DNA of 64,000 nucleotides, taken from assembly GCA_905182185.1 (NCBI GenBank), contig CAJJAP010000003.1, forward strand, positions 14,813 through 78,812, read 5' to 3'. The position numbers and the translations under genes were made by a program. Shown here in pieces: positions 11,330-20,829 of this stretch. Numbering within the stretch: position 1 is the stretch's first letter; every line of letters starts with the position of its first letter. This stretch comes from an uncultured Candidatus Poseidoniales archaeon (lineage in GTDB: Archaea > Thermoplasmatota > Poseidoniia > Poseidoniales > Poseidoniaceae). Below the pieces are notes generated by a model. It was not told where the DNA came from. It was given only the letters and a program-made list of their open reading frames with translations, and searched no databases.

Positions 11330-11851
11330 TTGTTGGCCGCTTCGCCCCTCAAACTCAAAAAGGTGATTGGCTTGGCCGTACTAATGCTGCTCACTGGTAC
11401 TGTTAGTAGTGGCCTAGGCCGAGCACACATTTTCATGTCACAGCAGCATTACCAAGAGCAATTCAGAGGATTCCTAGGCCATACTGCTTGGCCTGGGACT
11501 TTGAATATCGCAGTTAAGGGTGATGTGTTAGCAAAATACATCGCATTGAGAAATAAAGCGGGAATTGATACCTTGGATGCTGATGAAGGGGCAATGAAGT
11601 CAGCTATGAAAATAAATGTCAGTACAATTGATTCGACTAGAATTCGCGGATTCTTACGAGATGGTGTTTCATTTGGAGGAGCAACTGCTTTTAATGCAAG
11701 AATATCTCATTCCGACAAAATGGTTAACTGTGCGATTCTAATTCCCGATTTAACCCGCCATATTGATGTGATCGAAGTCATTTCTGGAACATTTTTGCGA
11801 GAGTTCTTCCATATTGAAGATGGAGCAGAAGTTACTATTGAACTGATTTGA
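11330..11851 (+). CDS. ribK: CTP-dependent riboflavin kinase (likely start ~11384)
   Basis: GTVSSGLGRA..F, WPGTLNI, IEVIS..FLR. Confidence 0.85.
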   Translation: MLAASPLKLKKVIGLAVLMLLTGTVSSGLGRAHIFMSQQHYQEQFRGFLGHTAWPGTLNIAVKGDVLAKYIALRNKAGIDTLDADEGAMKSAMKINVSTIDSTRIRGFLRDGVSFGGATAFNARISHSDKMVNCAILIPDLTRHIDVIEVISGTFLREFFHIEDGAEVTIELI

Positions 11852-11854
11852 GTG

Positions 11855-12472
11855 TCACTCTTCTTCAAACTCATCAAATGAGTCTACAACTTCGAGCATT
11901 TCTTTATCTTGCCCGACCATCGATTCAGCATGCTTAGGTTCATCTTCAATATTTGTCATTCCCATGAATGGATCTTTTCCATCTTCTATCATGCATAATA
12001 ATCTCCATCTTGGAGCCCAAGACAAATGAACATACATCGGCCCAGGCAATAATAGTAAGAACCACGAGATCAAAGATGGTATTGCCATCATATCAGTCCG
12101 ATCGATTGTCAATAATGCAAATCCAATAAAAGGCATAGGATAGAGTATTGCACGCGGCGGGGAAACCGGAAATCTTTTGAATACACTAACCAATATAATT
12201 GAAACGAATCCTAATAGCAAACAAGTAGCTACCAATAGCGCGGAATGGAATATCCATCCGCTGACCCATCCAGAACCTGATTGCGCAAATTTGTATGGAA
12301 GAAGAATTGCAATAGATACTAACACACCATAAAAACCACCGATATTAGCTGGATGAGATAGCCACAAAGGTAATTTTGTGAAGCGGCGGGAAAGTGAAGT
12401 TCCGAGAAGAGTGGCCCTTTCACTCATATCAAGCGATTCGAGGCTTTTTTCCCATCCAGAAGAGGCACTCAT
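11855..12472 (-). CDS. Hypothetical membrane protein
   Basis: 205-aa ORF with about 4 TM segments and an acidic C-terminus. Confidence 0.7.
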   Translation of the reverse strand: MSASSGWEKSLESLDMSERATLLGTSLSRRFTKLPLWLSHPANIGGFYGVLVSIAILLPYKFAQSGSGWVSGWIFHSALLVATCLLLGFVSIILVSVFKRFPVSPPRAILYPMPFIGFALLTIDRTDMMAIPSLISWFLLLLPGPMYVHLSWAPRWRLLCMIEDGKDPFMGMTNIEDEPKHAESMVGQDKEMLEVVDSFDEFEEE

Positions 12473-12535
12473 AAATTCAATGGCTTAAGAATAGGTTTTT
12501 GAATATAGAGGTGAGTCAGCAACAAATTATGTGGT

Positions 12536-13228
12536 TTATTCCCTGTTAAGGAATTTGGCCATCGGACCTTCAACTTCAATCTCTTGTTCTTCTTCAAGCC
12601 AAGATCTTTGAAGTAATTCACTTTCTTGCTTCTCTCTTTGCCTTCTTTCACTATCATCTGTGATACTTGATTGTTCAGCATCCTCGTCATTACACAGATT
12701 TGACAATATAATCGCCTGATTTAATAGCGCTAGTGAACGTCTAAGTTGCGCTGTAACCTTTTTATTATTAGTAAAATGACCAATCCTTGTATAATCTTCA
12801 TCATCATAGACCAAGTCTAATCCACCAAATAGAGTGTTAGTGGCCAAACGGACTCTCGCATCTTTCAATAAGACCCACTTCTTATCCGATTGTAACCAAA
12901 CAAAAACTTCAGCCTTACCCACCGGCACATCACTCATTAAAGGATGATTGAAATTTACTGAAAATGGGATATTCTTATCTCTTTTAATGACTAATCTGAT
13001 AGGTACAGTAATAGCAAAAAATAGCAACACGGGCAACGCGATATTGGCTAATTCCAAAGGTCTTGAAATCATAAATAATGAGCATAATATCAGAGTTACA
13101 AATATTGCCAAATTTGGCATTTTTGAATTGTCCGAATGTAATTCTTTGGCCACCATCGTTTCAAAGTAAACTTTAGTTGTTGATGGCGGGTCGTCAAATG
13201 AATTAGAAGCCATCAAACTAACCATCAT
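12536..13228 (-). CDS. Hypothetical membrane protein
   Basis: 230-aa ORF with two N-terminal hydrophobic helices and a charged C-terminus. Confidence 0.65.
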   Translation of the reverse strand: MMVSLMASNSFDDPPSTTKVYFETMVAKELHSDNSKMPNLAIFVTLILCSLFMISRPLELANIALPVLLFFAITVPIRLVIKRDKNIPFSVNFNHPLMSDVPVGKAEVFVWLQSDKKWVLLKDARVRLATNTLFGGLDLVYDDEDYTRIGHFTNNKKVTAQLRRSLALLNQAIILSNLCNDEDAEQSSITDDSERRQREKQESELLQRSWLEEEQEIEVEGPMAKFLNRE

Positions 13229-13382
13229 CCGATTCCATTTGAAGGTTATGAGTAAAAATCAATTTATGCGAAATTATTGGTGGCGATTACCATTGATATC
13301 AAAGAACTTCATTGTAGCACCTGTTTTGTCCGCACCCTTCAATAACGGTAAGTGCGAGTTCACCCCTACGGGGTGTGTTAAA

Positions 13383-15437
13383 ATGGTCGAATTAGCGCAG
13401 GGAGAAGTTGTTGAATCTCGCCGTGGCGGTGCTGACATATTGGCTCGACTAACCAATGACATGGCTAGACTCGGCCGTTCAGGACACATGCGAATTGAAC
13501 GACGAGTCAAAGGAATAATGCCCAGAGTCAGCCAAATTGTTCTAAGAGAAGGAAGACCAATCTTAGCCCTGCATGAATCAGATAAACTACTTACTGGCCT
13601 AGAAGCACTACTTGAAATTGAAAGTGATTGTTCGGCACTAGATGCTACAATTTCACTTCATGTACAAGAGATAGAAGATGTTGATGTTATCGCTAAATTA
13701 TTCCCAGCAGCATATCTGGACCTCGCGGCGGAGAATATTTCTAACCATCGACAAGGAGAAGGGGAGTGGTGGACAAAGTCACGTACTTTGAAATCAACAT
13801 GGAAGCGTGAAGAAAGACTTCCAGAATTAGAACCTTCAGTTGAAACACCAGAATTTATCCGGCAAAAAAGCAAGGCAATGCTTGAACGACATAGCGGCAT
13901 TGTAGAGATGTTAAGCCCTGGCCAAACTCTGATCTACGATAGTGAAGACCCGGCAAAGTTATTCCAATTAGTGAGTAATTTAGCAACTCATGGTAGACCA
14001 ATTCTTGTCATCTCTCGTTACGAAGTAGAACAATTGAATGTCAATTTTGATTTACCGATTGAATCGTGTTCATGGCTAAGCAATGTAGAAACTGATAATT
14101 CACTCGACCCGTCTTTGGAAAGCATTAAAATGAAAATTGATGCTTTTTTGTGGGCCAACTCGAGAGCCGTGGTTGCTTTTGAAGGTTTAGAATATCTAGC
14201 CGGGATCCATGGTGATGACCGAATGATTGGAATGATCCGAGATATTTGCGATGGAGTTAAATTGGAAGATCACTTATTAATTTCCACTGCCGATTTAACT
14301 GCATTTAATCTATCAAAGAGGCAATTATTAACCCGTGAATTGGATGAATTAAAATCTGAAACTCTAGATCATTGGCTACTAGAAGATGATTTATTACTCG
14401 ACCATCCGATTTGCGCGACTCCTGACGAAGACGAAACTCGATGGGTCGAAACTCAATTGAAAAGAGCATTAGGCGATAATTTACAATCTCCGGCAAGTTC
14501 TGTAGATGCTATGCATGGAATGTCTGGTGGCGAAGAGTCATTGGACCCTCTGGAGATTAGCAATGCCACGGGAAACCTATCTGCAATGATGCAAGAATGG
14601 GCTGAAGATTCAGAACTTGTTTCATCATTAGAAATTGAAAACTCCCAACCCATAACCTCTCCTAATGAACAAGGACCAAGCGATGATTGGACACCAACAT
14701 TCCACGGCAGCGAAACTACTGAGATGAAACAATCAAAATCAAGACAGGTACAACAAATCCATCCACAACACAATCTTGATGAAGATAATGTTGATTCTTC
14801 CTTGAATCCTGCAGTTGAGCAACCGACAGTTCAAAGACAAAATTCGTCGAAATCAACTGGCCCGAGAAAGGCCACTATTGTAAAGAGAGCCAAGAAGAGC
14901 ATCAATCTCCCACCTATCACCACTAGAAAGAATACAATGCAAGCAAATGCTGCAATTCAAGTCGCTAGAAATTCTCCAGACCTTCCACAACTGAAAATTA
15001 TTGCACAACCTGAAAAGCACCTATCTCGTTCAATAAAGGAACGTGACATCATCCAAAGAAAAGCACTTGATGACACATTCCAAACAATCTCTCACCAGCA
15101 AGATTTACAACTTCAACAAGCATCTGTTCAATCTGCTGCTAAGCGTATTACAACTCTACCACCAACTAGCGGGGGTCCGAATGTATTGGACGTAATAGCC
15201 GACATCAGGCCAATAGGTACCGAGACAAAACTAACCCCTTCTATGGCTTTAGATTCAATTAATCCTATGAGACAAAATGAGGACGATATGAGAGAATCTG
15301 CAAGACGCTCTCAATCAGCTAAAACGATCGAAGTTGTTGTTGAAGAATGGAAAGCATCGAGTTCAAAAAGAATACTCAACAGTAGCACCCTATATGACAA
15401 AGAAGGGAATGCCATTGAACGATACGGAGGCCAGTGA
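13383..15437 (+). CDS. DUF835 (inactive KaiC-like) protein with N-terminal PATAN/DUF2226-like domain and long low-complexity tail
   Basis: SGHMRIE..IVLREGRPILALHE..LTGLEAL at the N-terminus; LVISR..WLS..SLDPSLE..VVAFEGLEYL..IRDICD DUF835-like core. Confidence 0.65.
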   Translation: MVELAQGEVVESRRGGADILARLTNDMARLGRSGHMRIERRVKGIMPRVSQIVLREGRPILALHESDKLLTGLEALLEIESDCSALDATISLHVQEIEDVDVIAKLFPAAYLDLAAENISNHRQGEGEWWTKSRTLKSTWKREERLPELEPSVETPEFIRQKSKAMLERHSGIVEMLSPGQTLIYDSEDPAKLFQLVSNLATHGRPILVISRYEVEQLNVNFDLPIESCSWLSNVETDNSLDPSLESIKMKIDAFLWANSRAVVAFEGLEYLAGIHGDDRMIGMIRDICDGVKLEDHLLISTADLTAFNLSKRQLLTRELDELKSETLDHWLLEDDLLLDHPICATPDEDETRWVETQLKRALGDNLQSPASSVDAMHGMSGGEESLDPLEISNATGNLSAMMQEWAEDSELVSSLEIENSQPITSPNEQGPSDDWTPTFHGSETTEMKQSKSRQVQQIHPQHNLDEDNVDSSLNPAVEQPTVQRQNSSKSTGPRKATIVKRAKKSINLPPITTRKNTMQANAAIQVARNSPDLPQLKIIAQPEKHLSRSIKERDIIQRKALDDTFQTISHQQDLQLQQASVQSAAKRITTLPPTSGGPNVLDVIADIRPIGTETKLTPSMALDSINPMRQNEDDMRESARRSQSAKTIEVVVEEWKASSSKRILNSSTLYDKEGNAIERYGGQ

Positions 15438-17572
15438 GTATGATTGGCAAGAAAGAACGTCTTGACCTTGCAATACAGAAGGCCAAAAAACAATTAATTC
15501 AAAATGGTGTTGACAGCCTACAGTTCCCACAGGAAAAAACGGTCAAACAAGAAAAAACGAGTTTACCGCTATCAAGAATGAATCGTTTGCTTGGAAAATC
15601 GACAGTTGCTGATACTCGGCATAGTAGCATTTTACAACGCACCGGTGTGGCACAAAGACCAACCTTTGATTTGATCGCTGATTCAAATCTAGGAACTGAA
15701 AGTAGAGGCCACACACCGGTTATCAATCTACAAAACGACGGTGATGATTTTGCTAGCATTGCTGCAAGGCGAATTAAATCCTTAAGAGAAGTTAGCCTAT
15801 TGAAGTCGGAACAAATGGCACTCGATATTGATACAGAAAGTCAATATGTTGGGATAGAAAGTGATTCACGGCCAATTTGGCTAAGCGTCTTAGATGGGCA
15901 GAGGGGAAGAGTCACTAATGCACTGCCTGATGAACTAGCACCGCCCAATGAAGATTCAATACACCATCATAGCCGCTCATTACAAGTTAAAGCCGCATGG
16001 CCTAAACCACTACGAATCGACACTCAACGCACATTCAAACAATGGTTTGTATGCTCTGAAAACTCTCACGCTAGTAGAGCATGTGAATCAATAGTAGATT
16101 CCCCAGCAACTAGCCTCAACCCCCTACTCATCATCGGTAAAAATGGAACCGGTCGCTCACATCTAATTCACGCAACTGCGCAAGGCGTAGCAAGAAGAAT
16201 GGAGGGGTTGGTATTCCTGCTCAGTGCTGTTGATTTGATAGGGATGGAAACACTTCCCAAGGATTGGCAAGAAGCACTAGTTGGAGCAAGTCTATTGGCA
16301 ATTGATGATGCCCATATGATTGCAAATGATGCTGCTTTGGCTAATCAAATTGGAATAATGATAGACCATGCAATAAACTTAGGAGTACATGTAATCCTAA
16401 CCAGTGTAGAATCTCCAGATGAATGGCCTTCTTCCCGTCTTTGGGACATTTGCCGCAATTCTGCTCAAACCCAGATACAGATTCCAACTGCCACAAACCT
16501 AGTAATGTTTACAAGAAGATTAGCTGGTTCAAGAAACTTAATGCTGGATGATGGACAGATGACTGCCATTGTCACTTTCAACCAAATCGGTTGGAGAAGT
16601 ACTATTGCGAATTTTGACAAGGTCGCTCTTGCTATTGAGTCCGGAGATGATATAATCGATGGAGAGGATGTCATTCGCACACTGCGGGATGAAGTAAGGC
16701 CGCAATTTGTAGATCAAGATGAAATCGTCCACCATAACGTAGATGATATTGCGACACGATTGATTTCTAATGCAGTCGATACGGTCTATTCTGTTCACGA
16801 CATTGGGGGAATCGACTTAGTTCGCAATATTCCTGAACTGGGAGAAGATGATTACCAGCCTCCACAATGGGATGCCAATGAAATGTCGTTGGAGGGTGAA
16901 GAAATGCTTGAAAAGTTCGTCCATAAAACCCTTGAGGAATTAACTCCTGAAGCACCTTCAGTTTTGAGCGTTCATGAAAATGAGCAGCATTTGATTACAC
17001 GACCTAATCGCATTGAAGAGCAAGATTATGGTCGGGCTGCAGATATCTTAACCGAATTAGATGACAAAATTGATTCAAAAATAAAAGATGCTGAATTGGA
17101 TGTATTCAATAATTCAATACTTCTTAGTGACCTTGAGGATAAAATGATAGAATTATCACAGAAAGCGGGTAGTGCAGATATTGATGAATTAATCGCCATT
17201 GCGGATGAATTACGCCATCTTGAAGAGAAATTGGTTGCTATCGATCCAACTAGAGATGAACTTCCACCGTTTGAAGAAGACGATAAGCCTCGACGAATCG
17301 CTAAGAGAAGAAAAGGTAAATCAAAGAGAAAGGTTACTCGCCGCACCCCAAAAACAGTTGTTACAAAGAATACTGATAGTTATGAGGCATCATTGGATAG
17401 TTTTGAACCTGAAGGAGAATGGAATATTCAGGCAGAAGACATCGATATGATCGATTTGCTAGATGATAGTACACCAGATAATAAGGAAGTAAAACAACCT
17501 GTTGAGGAAAAAATAGTTAGGGCAATAAAAACTCCAAAAAGAACCACTCCGATAAACAGGACCAAGAATTGA
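15434..17572 (+). CDS. Protein with bacterial DnaA/Hda-type AAA+ domain (degenerate), acidic coiled coil and basic patch; true end possibly 17616
   Basis: TFKQWFVCSENSHA...SLNPLLIIGKNGTGRSHLIHA, LLAIDDAH, VILTS..P match DnaA domain III by eye. Confidence 0.75.
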   Translation: MSMIGKKERLDLAIQKAKKQLIQNGVDSLQFPQEKTVKQEKTSLPLSRMNRLLGKSTVADTRHSSILQRTGVAQRPTFDLIADSNLGTESRGHTPVINLQNDGDDFASIAARRIKSLREVSLLKSEQMALDIDTESQYVGIESDSRPIWLSVLDGQRGRVTNALPDELAPPNEDSIHHHSRSLQVKAAWPKPLRIDTQRTFKQWFVCSENSHASRACESIVDSPATSLNPLLIIGKNGTGRSHLIHATAQGVARRMEGLVFLLSAVDLIGMETLPKDWQEALVGASLLAIDDAHMIANDAALANQIGIMIDHAINLGVHVILTSVESPDEWPSSRLWDICRNSAQTQIQIPTATNLVMFTRRLAGSRNLMLDDGQMTAIVTFNQIGWRSTIANFDKVALAIESGDDIIDGEDVIRTLRDEVRPQFVDQDEIVHHNVDDIATRLISNAVDTVYSVHDIGGIDLVRNIPELGEDDYQPPQWDANEMSLEGEEMLEKFVHKTLEELTPEAPSVLSVHENEQHLITRPNRIEEQDYGRAADILTELDDKIDSKIKDAELDVFNNSILLSDLEDKMIELSQKAGSADIDELIAIADELRHLEEKLVAIDPTRDELPPFEEDDKPRRIAKRRKGKSKRKVTRRTPKTVVTKNTDSYEASLDSFEPEGEWNIQAEDIDMIDLLDDSTPDNKEVKQPVEEKIVRAIKTPKRTTPINRTKN

Positions 17573-17612
17573 ATCTTGCCCCACCAGTGACCCTCATTTC
17601 AGGTGAAGAAGA

Positions 17613-18077
17613 ATGAAGCCATGGTGGATGGACGGAGTTCCGTTCAAGTGTCAAGCGAATTGCGGCAGATGCTGTGATGAACCGGGTGGAATTGTCTATT
17701 TATCTGAAAAAGATGCACTGAGAATCTCTGAACATCATGGGATGGATGTGGAAAGTTGGTTGGAAAGAGATTGTGAACAAACAATTGATGGCCGCTACAT
17801 TCTAAAAAGCAGAGTTGAAGACGAAATCTGTATTAATTTGGACGAAAACAAACAATGCACTATCTACAAAGTAAGGCCACAACAATGTGCAGCATTCCCT
17901 TGGTGGGGTGAAAACCTTGCCACTGAAAGGTCATGGAATCGCGTGGTTGCAGAATGTCCTGGGCTTACTGCTGAAGATGTAATCTTGGTCGATGGTAATA
18001 GCATTAGAATACAAATTTTTTCTGATAGAGACTCTAGTAAAGGTTTTCGCGAGTGGCCGGTGAAGAATAAAAAATAA
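17613..18077 (+). CDS. YkgJ family cysteine cluster (CxxCxxCC) protein
   Basis: FKCQANCGRCC, CINLD..CTIYKVRPQQCAAFPWW, ECPG. Confidence 0.9.
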   Translation: MKPWWMDGVPFKCQANCGRCCDEPGGIVYLSEKDALRISEHHGMDVESWLERDCEQTIDGRYILKSRVEDEICINLDENKQCTIYKVRPQQCAAFPWWGENLATERSWNRVVAECPGLTAEDVILVDGNSIRIQIFSDRDSSKGFREWPVKNKK

Positions 18078-18194
18078 AATAACAATGTTGGTCAAACACA
18101 TTTAGTGTGTTATCAACACCGTACTTTTGAAAGTATTCAAATTAGGACCGTCCTTATATGAGTGCGGCTTTCCCATTGCAATTGAGGGATATTA

Positions 18195-19361
18195 GTGAGC
18201 GACGAAGAAGTTCTTTTGGAAGTGACTAATGGCCATCTAAACACAGGATTACGTGGTGTCCCAGTAGGGACCTGCCGTACATCATTTGTAACCCCTAATG
18301 AAGGAGTTCATTATTGCGGATATCCTATCAAGGAATTAACTAATTTTTCTCCAGAAGACATTGTTTATCTATTATTCAATAAAGAATTGCCTAACCCTCA
18401 ACAATCTGCAGAAATTCGCGCAGACTTATCAAAGAGAGGAGAAATACCTGGAGATTTAGTAGCAGTTTTTAGAACCCTACCAAAGCATGGACACCCGATG
18501 GACTGGCTCAGTGTAGCGATCCACACAATAGGTATGTGGGAGACCACTGGTGATTGGAAAGAGGATGCAATGAATCTAATTGCTCGCATGCCTCGCATCA
18601 TGGGACTAATGTATAGGGTCAGAGAAGGCCGAGATCAAAATATTCCTGCTGATGATACATCAATGAATATGGTTCAAAGATTTGTTTCAACGTTAGACCT
18701 AGATGGAATTGACAATGACATCATGGAGCGAGTAATTGCAACATACCTAGTTTTGCATATGGACCATGGTGGCGGAAACCTCTCAACATTTACCGGCAAG
18801 GCAATCGCATCTAGTAAAGCAACAGTGTATTCGGCTTTGGCTGGAGCAATGAATGCCCTAAGTGGCCCATTACATGGGCGGGCAAATCAATCATGTCTCG
18901 AGTTTGTACTCAAGATTGGTACGAGTGACCCGATAAAAGTTGAGAATTTCGTACGCGGAGAATTGGCTGAAAAGCGACCAATATTCGGTTTCGGTCATGC
19001 CGTCCTTCGTAGCGAAGACCCAAGGGCTACTGCTCAATTTGCTCTCGGAGAAGAAATCTGCCCAGATGATGAGAATTTCAAAATCATTCGCACCCTAAGG
19101 GAAGTTGCACCTAGAGTTCTTGCTGAAAATCCAAAGATTAGTAATCCAAATGCAAATGTTGACATCGCAAGTGGAGCTTTACTTCACTATATTGGTCTTG
19201 AGGACCCAACCTACTACACCACCTTCTTCGGCTGGGCTCGTGTAATGGGAATTGGAGCACAAATTGTAGATGAGCGCACTGTATTCCGCAATGGCAAAGG
19301 TACTCCACTTTACCGTCCTAAGTATTATGCTGAGCAACAAACATTGCGTCACGTTGAGTGA
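18195..19361 (+). CDS. gltA: Citrate synthase family (citrate/2-methylcitrate synthase)
   Basis: TGLRGV, DHGGGNLST, GPLHGRAN, GFGHAV, DPR, NVD motifs; GTG start. Confidence 0.88.
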   Translation: MSDEEVLLEVTNGHLNTGLRGVPVGTCRTSFVTPNEGVHYCGYPIKELTNFSPEDIVYLLFNKELPNPQQSAEIRADLSKRGEIPGDLVAVFRTLPKHGHPMDWLSVAIHTIGMWETTGDWKEDAMNLIARMPRIMGLMYRVREGRDQNIPADDTSMNMVQRFVSTLDLDGIDNDIMERVIATYLVLHMDHGGGNLSTFTGKAIASSKATVYSALAGAMNALSGPLHGRANQSCLEFVLKIGTSDPIKVENFVRGELAEKRPIFGFGHAVLRSEDPRATAQFALGEEICPDDENFKIIRTLREVAPRVLAENPKISNPNANVDIASGALLHYIGLEDPTYYTTFFGWARVMGIGAQIVDERTVFRNGKGTPLYRPKYYAEQQTLRHVE

Positions 19362-20513
19362 TTACTGTCCAATTACAGGACGAGATGTTTTTCCAGAACC
19401 TCTGTGACCGATTAACCGTGGTGCTTGCCATGGTGGCGAAGAACCACTTGCATCTTGTAACAGTTCATCTACAGTTTTTTGCCAATTCCAAGTTTCTTTC
19501 CACATTGAAACTAAATCTTTTCTTCTTGCATCATCACAATTTGCCCAAGTAGGAACTTCAAGTTTGAGTTGTTTCAAGATTTCTAGATGATTTTCTTCTG
19601 TTGCAGAATCTAATAATGATTGTTGTTGCTTATCCAATGGTTGAGTACCTGGATTTGCCCAACGCGCGTGTCCTGTAGGCAACCATGTTAATTCGGGATT
19701 GGCTTTATCGCTCAAACCGGTAAGTCCAGCCTTTAGTATCAAGTTCTCATTGACTGGTTTGGTCGGCCAAACATATGTTGGCATACCTTTGCGTAACCTG
19801 TTCAGAGTGCGTAAATTTTTACCCTTTAAACCAATAGTTTTGCCAAATGGTAACTTGTTGTGTGGAGGAACAAAATACTCTATAGCGCATGGTAACATTG
19901 CACTACCCATTGCATTATGTTGTTTTATCAATGATGAAAATGGTGTTGAAAGATAGATTGGAAGGCTTTGAAGGCGTTGGGTTGTTTTATTTCCATATGG
20001 CGCAATATAAGGGATTAAGGCTGCCCAAGGACGCTGAGTTTTGGCTAATTGAGAACTTTTCTTCATACCTTTGTGAAAGGCGTAATAGATCATGTTTTGA
20101 TGTGGAACATTAAATTCATCGAGGATTTTATCTGCCATTATGATAATATCAGCAACATGCTGATCATGTTTCTTTCGTGAAAAAAATCCTCCCCCCATCG
20201 GCGCATTGGGATGAGGCCGCTTTATCTCAATACATCCCATTTTACCCTTTTCAACCCAATTTTCACGGATGACTGAATCCTCCAGCATCCCTCTAAAAGA
20301 GACAAAACCTTCCGCTTCTAAATCTGCTAAAGTCCATGCTTCAACCCACTTACTCCGACCCTGTAAGCGACTGGGTGAAATAGATACATCTCTATCGTGA
20401 TGAACAATCAGTTGCTTATCTGCAGTCATCCTAATATCAAATTCGATACCGTCGAAAAAGTTAATTCCGTGGCGTAAACTGTTCAATGTATTTTCCGGTT
20501 CTTGGTAATACAT
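19362..20513 (-). CDS. Glycerophosphodiester phosphodiesterase family, apparently circularly permuted
   Basis: PENT, DGIEFDIRMTADKQLIVHHD and IEIK near the N-terminus; IGHRG at the extreme C-terminus. Confidence 0.75.
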   Translation of the reverse strand: MYYQEPENTLNSLRHGINFFDGIEFDIRMTADKQLIVHHDRDVSISPSRLQGRSKWVEAWTLADLEAEGFVSFRGMLEDSVIRENWVEKGKMGCIEIKRPHPNAPMGGGFFSRKKHDQHVADIIIMADKILDEFNVPHQNMIYYAFHKGMKKSSQLAKTQRPWAALIPYIAPYGNKTTQRLQSLPIYLSTPFSSLIKQHNAMGSAMLPCAIEYFVPPHNKLPFGKTIGLKGKNLRTLNRLRKGMPTYVWPTKPVNENLILKAGLTGLSDKANPELTWLPTGHARWANPGTQPLDKQQQSLLDSATEENHLEILKQLKLEVPTWANCDDARRKDLVSMWKETWNWQKTVDELLQDASGSSPPWQAPRLIGHRGSGKTSRPVIGQ

Positions 20514-20829
20514 CTTCGCGCCCCATGCTGTCCAAACGCTGCACCTTGAAAGTATATCTTCCGGTTTAGACAAAAGTATGAGATCCTGCAAACAGTATTT
20601 TACTACATAGGCGAATCTAAAACACTGAGTAAGTCTGAAAAAAAGCCAATAGAAGTGAGGAAAAGAAAAAGGCCATTTTTGGATATGGAATGTTTGATTG
20701 GGCCAAATCTGCTTTCGAAATTAGTATCGTATCCGCAATTCTACCTGCTTGGTTCGCCTATTTGTTTTTAGAAGGAATTAGAGTGGGAAGGAAGAAGATA
20801 TTCAGAACCGCATAACCCAATGAACCTCA

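Noticed and set aside
13239-13382. Upstream extension of the DUF835 ORF
   Set aside because: It would leave only 10 bp for two divergent promoters; ATG 13383 is more plausible
15434-17572. Calling this gene dnaA, or treating it as bacterial contamination
   Set aside because: No domain I or IV, degenerate motifs, no dnaN or DnaA-box cluster, and it is coupled to an archaeal DUF835-type gene in an archaeal context
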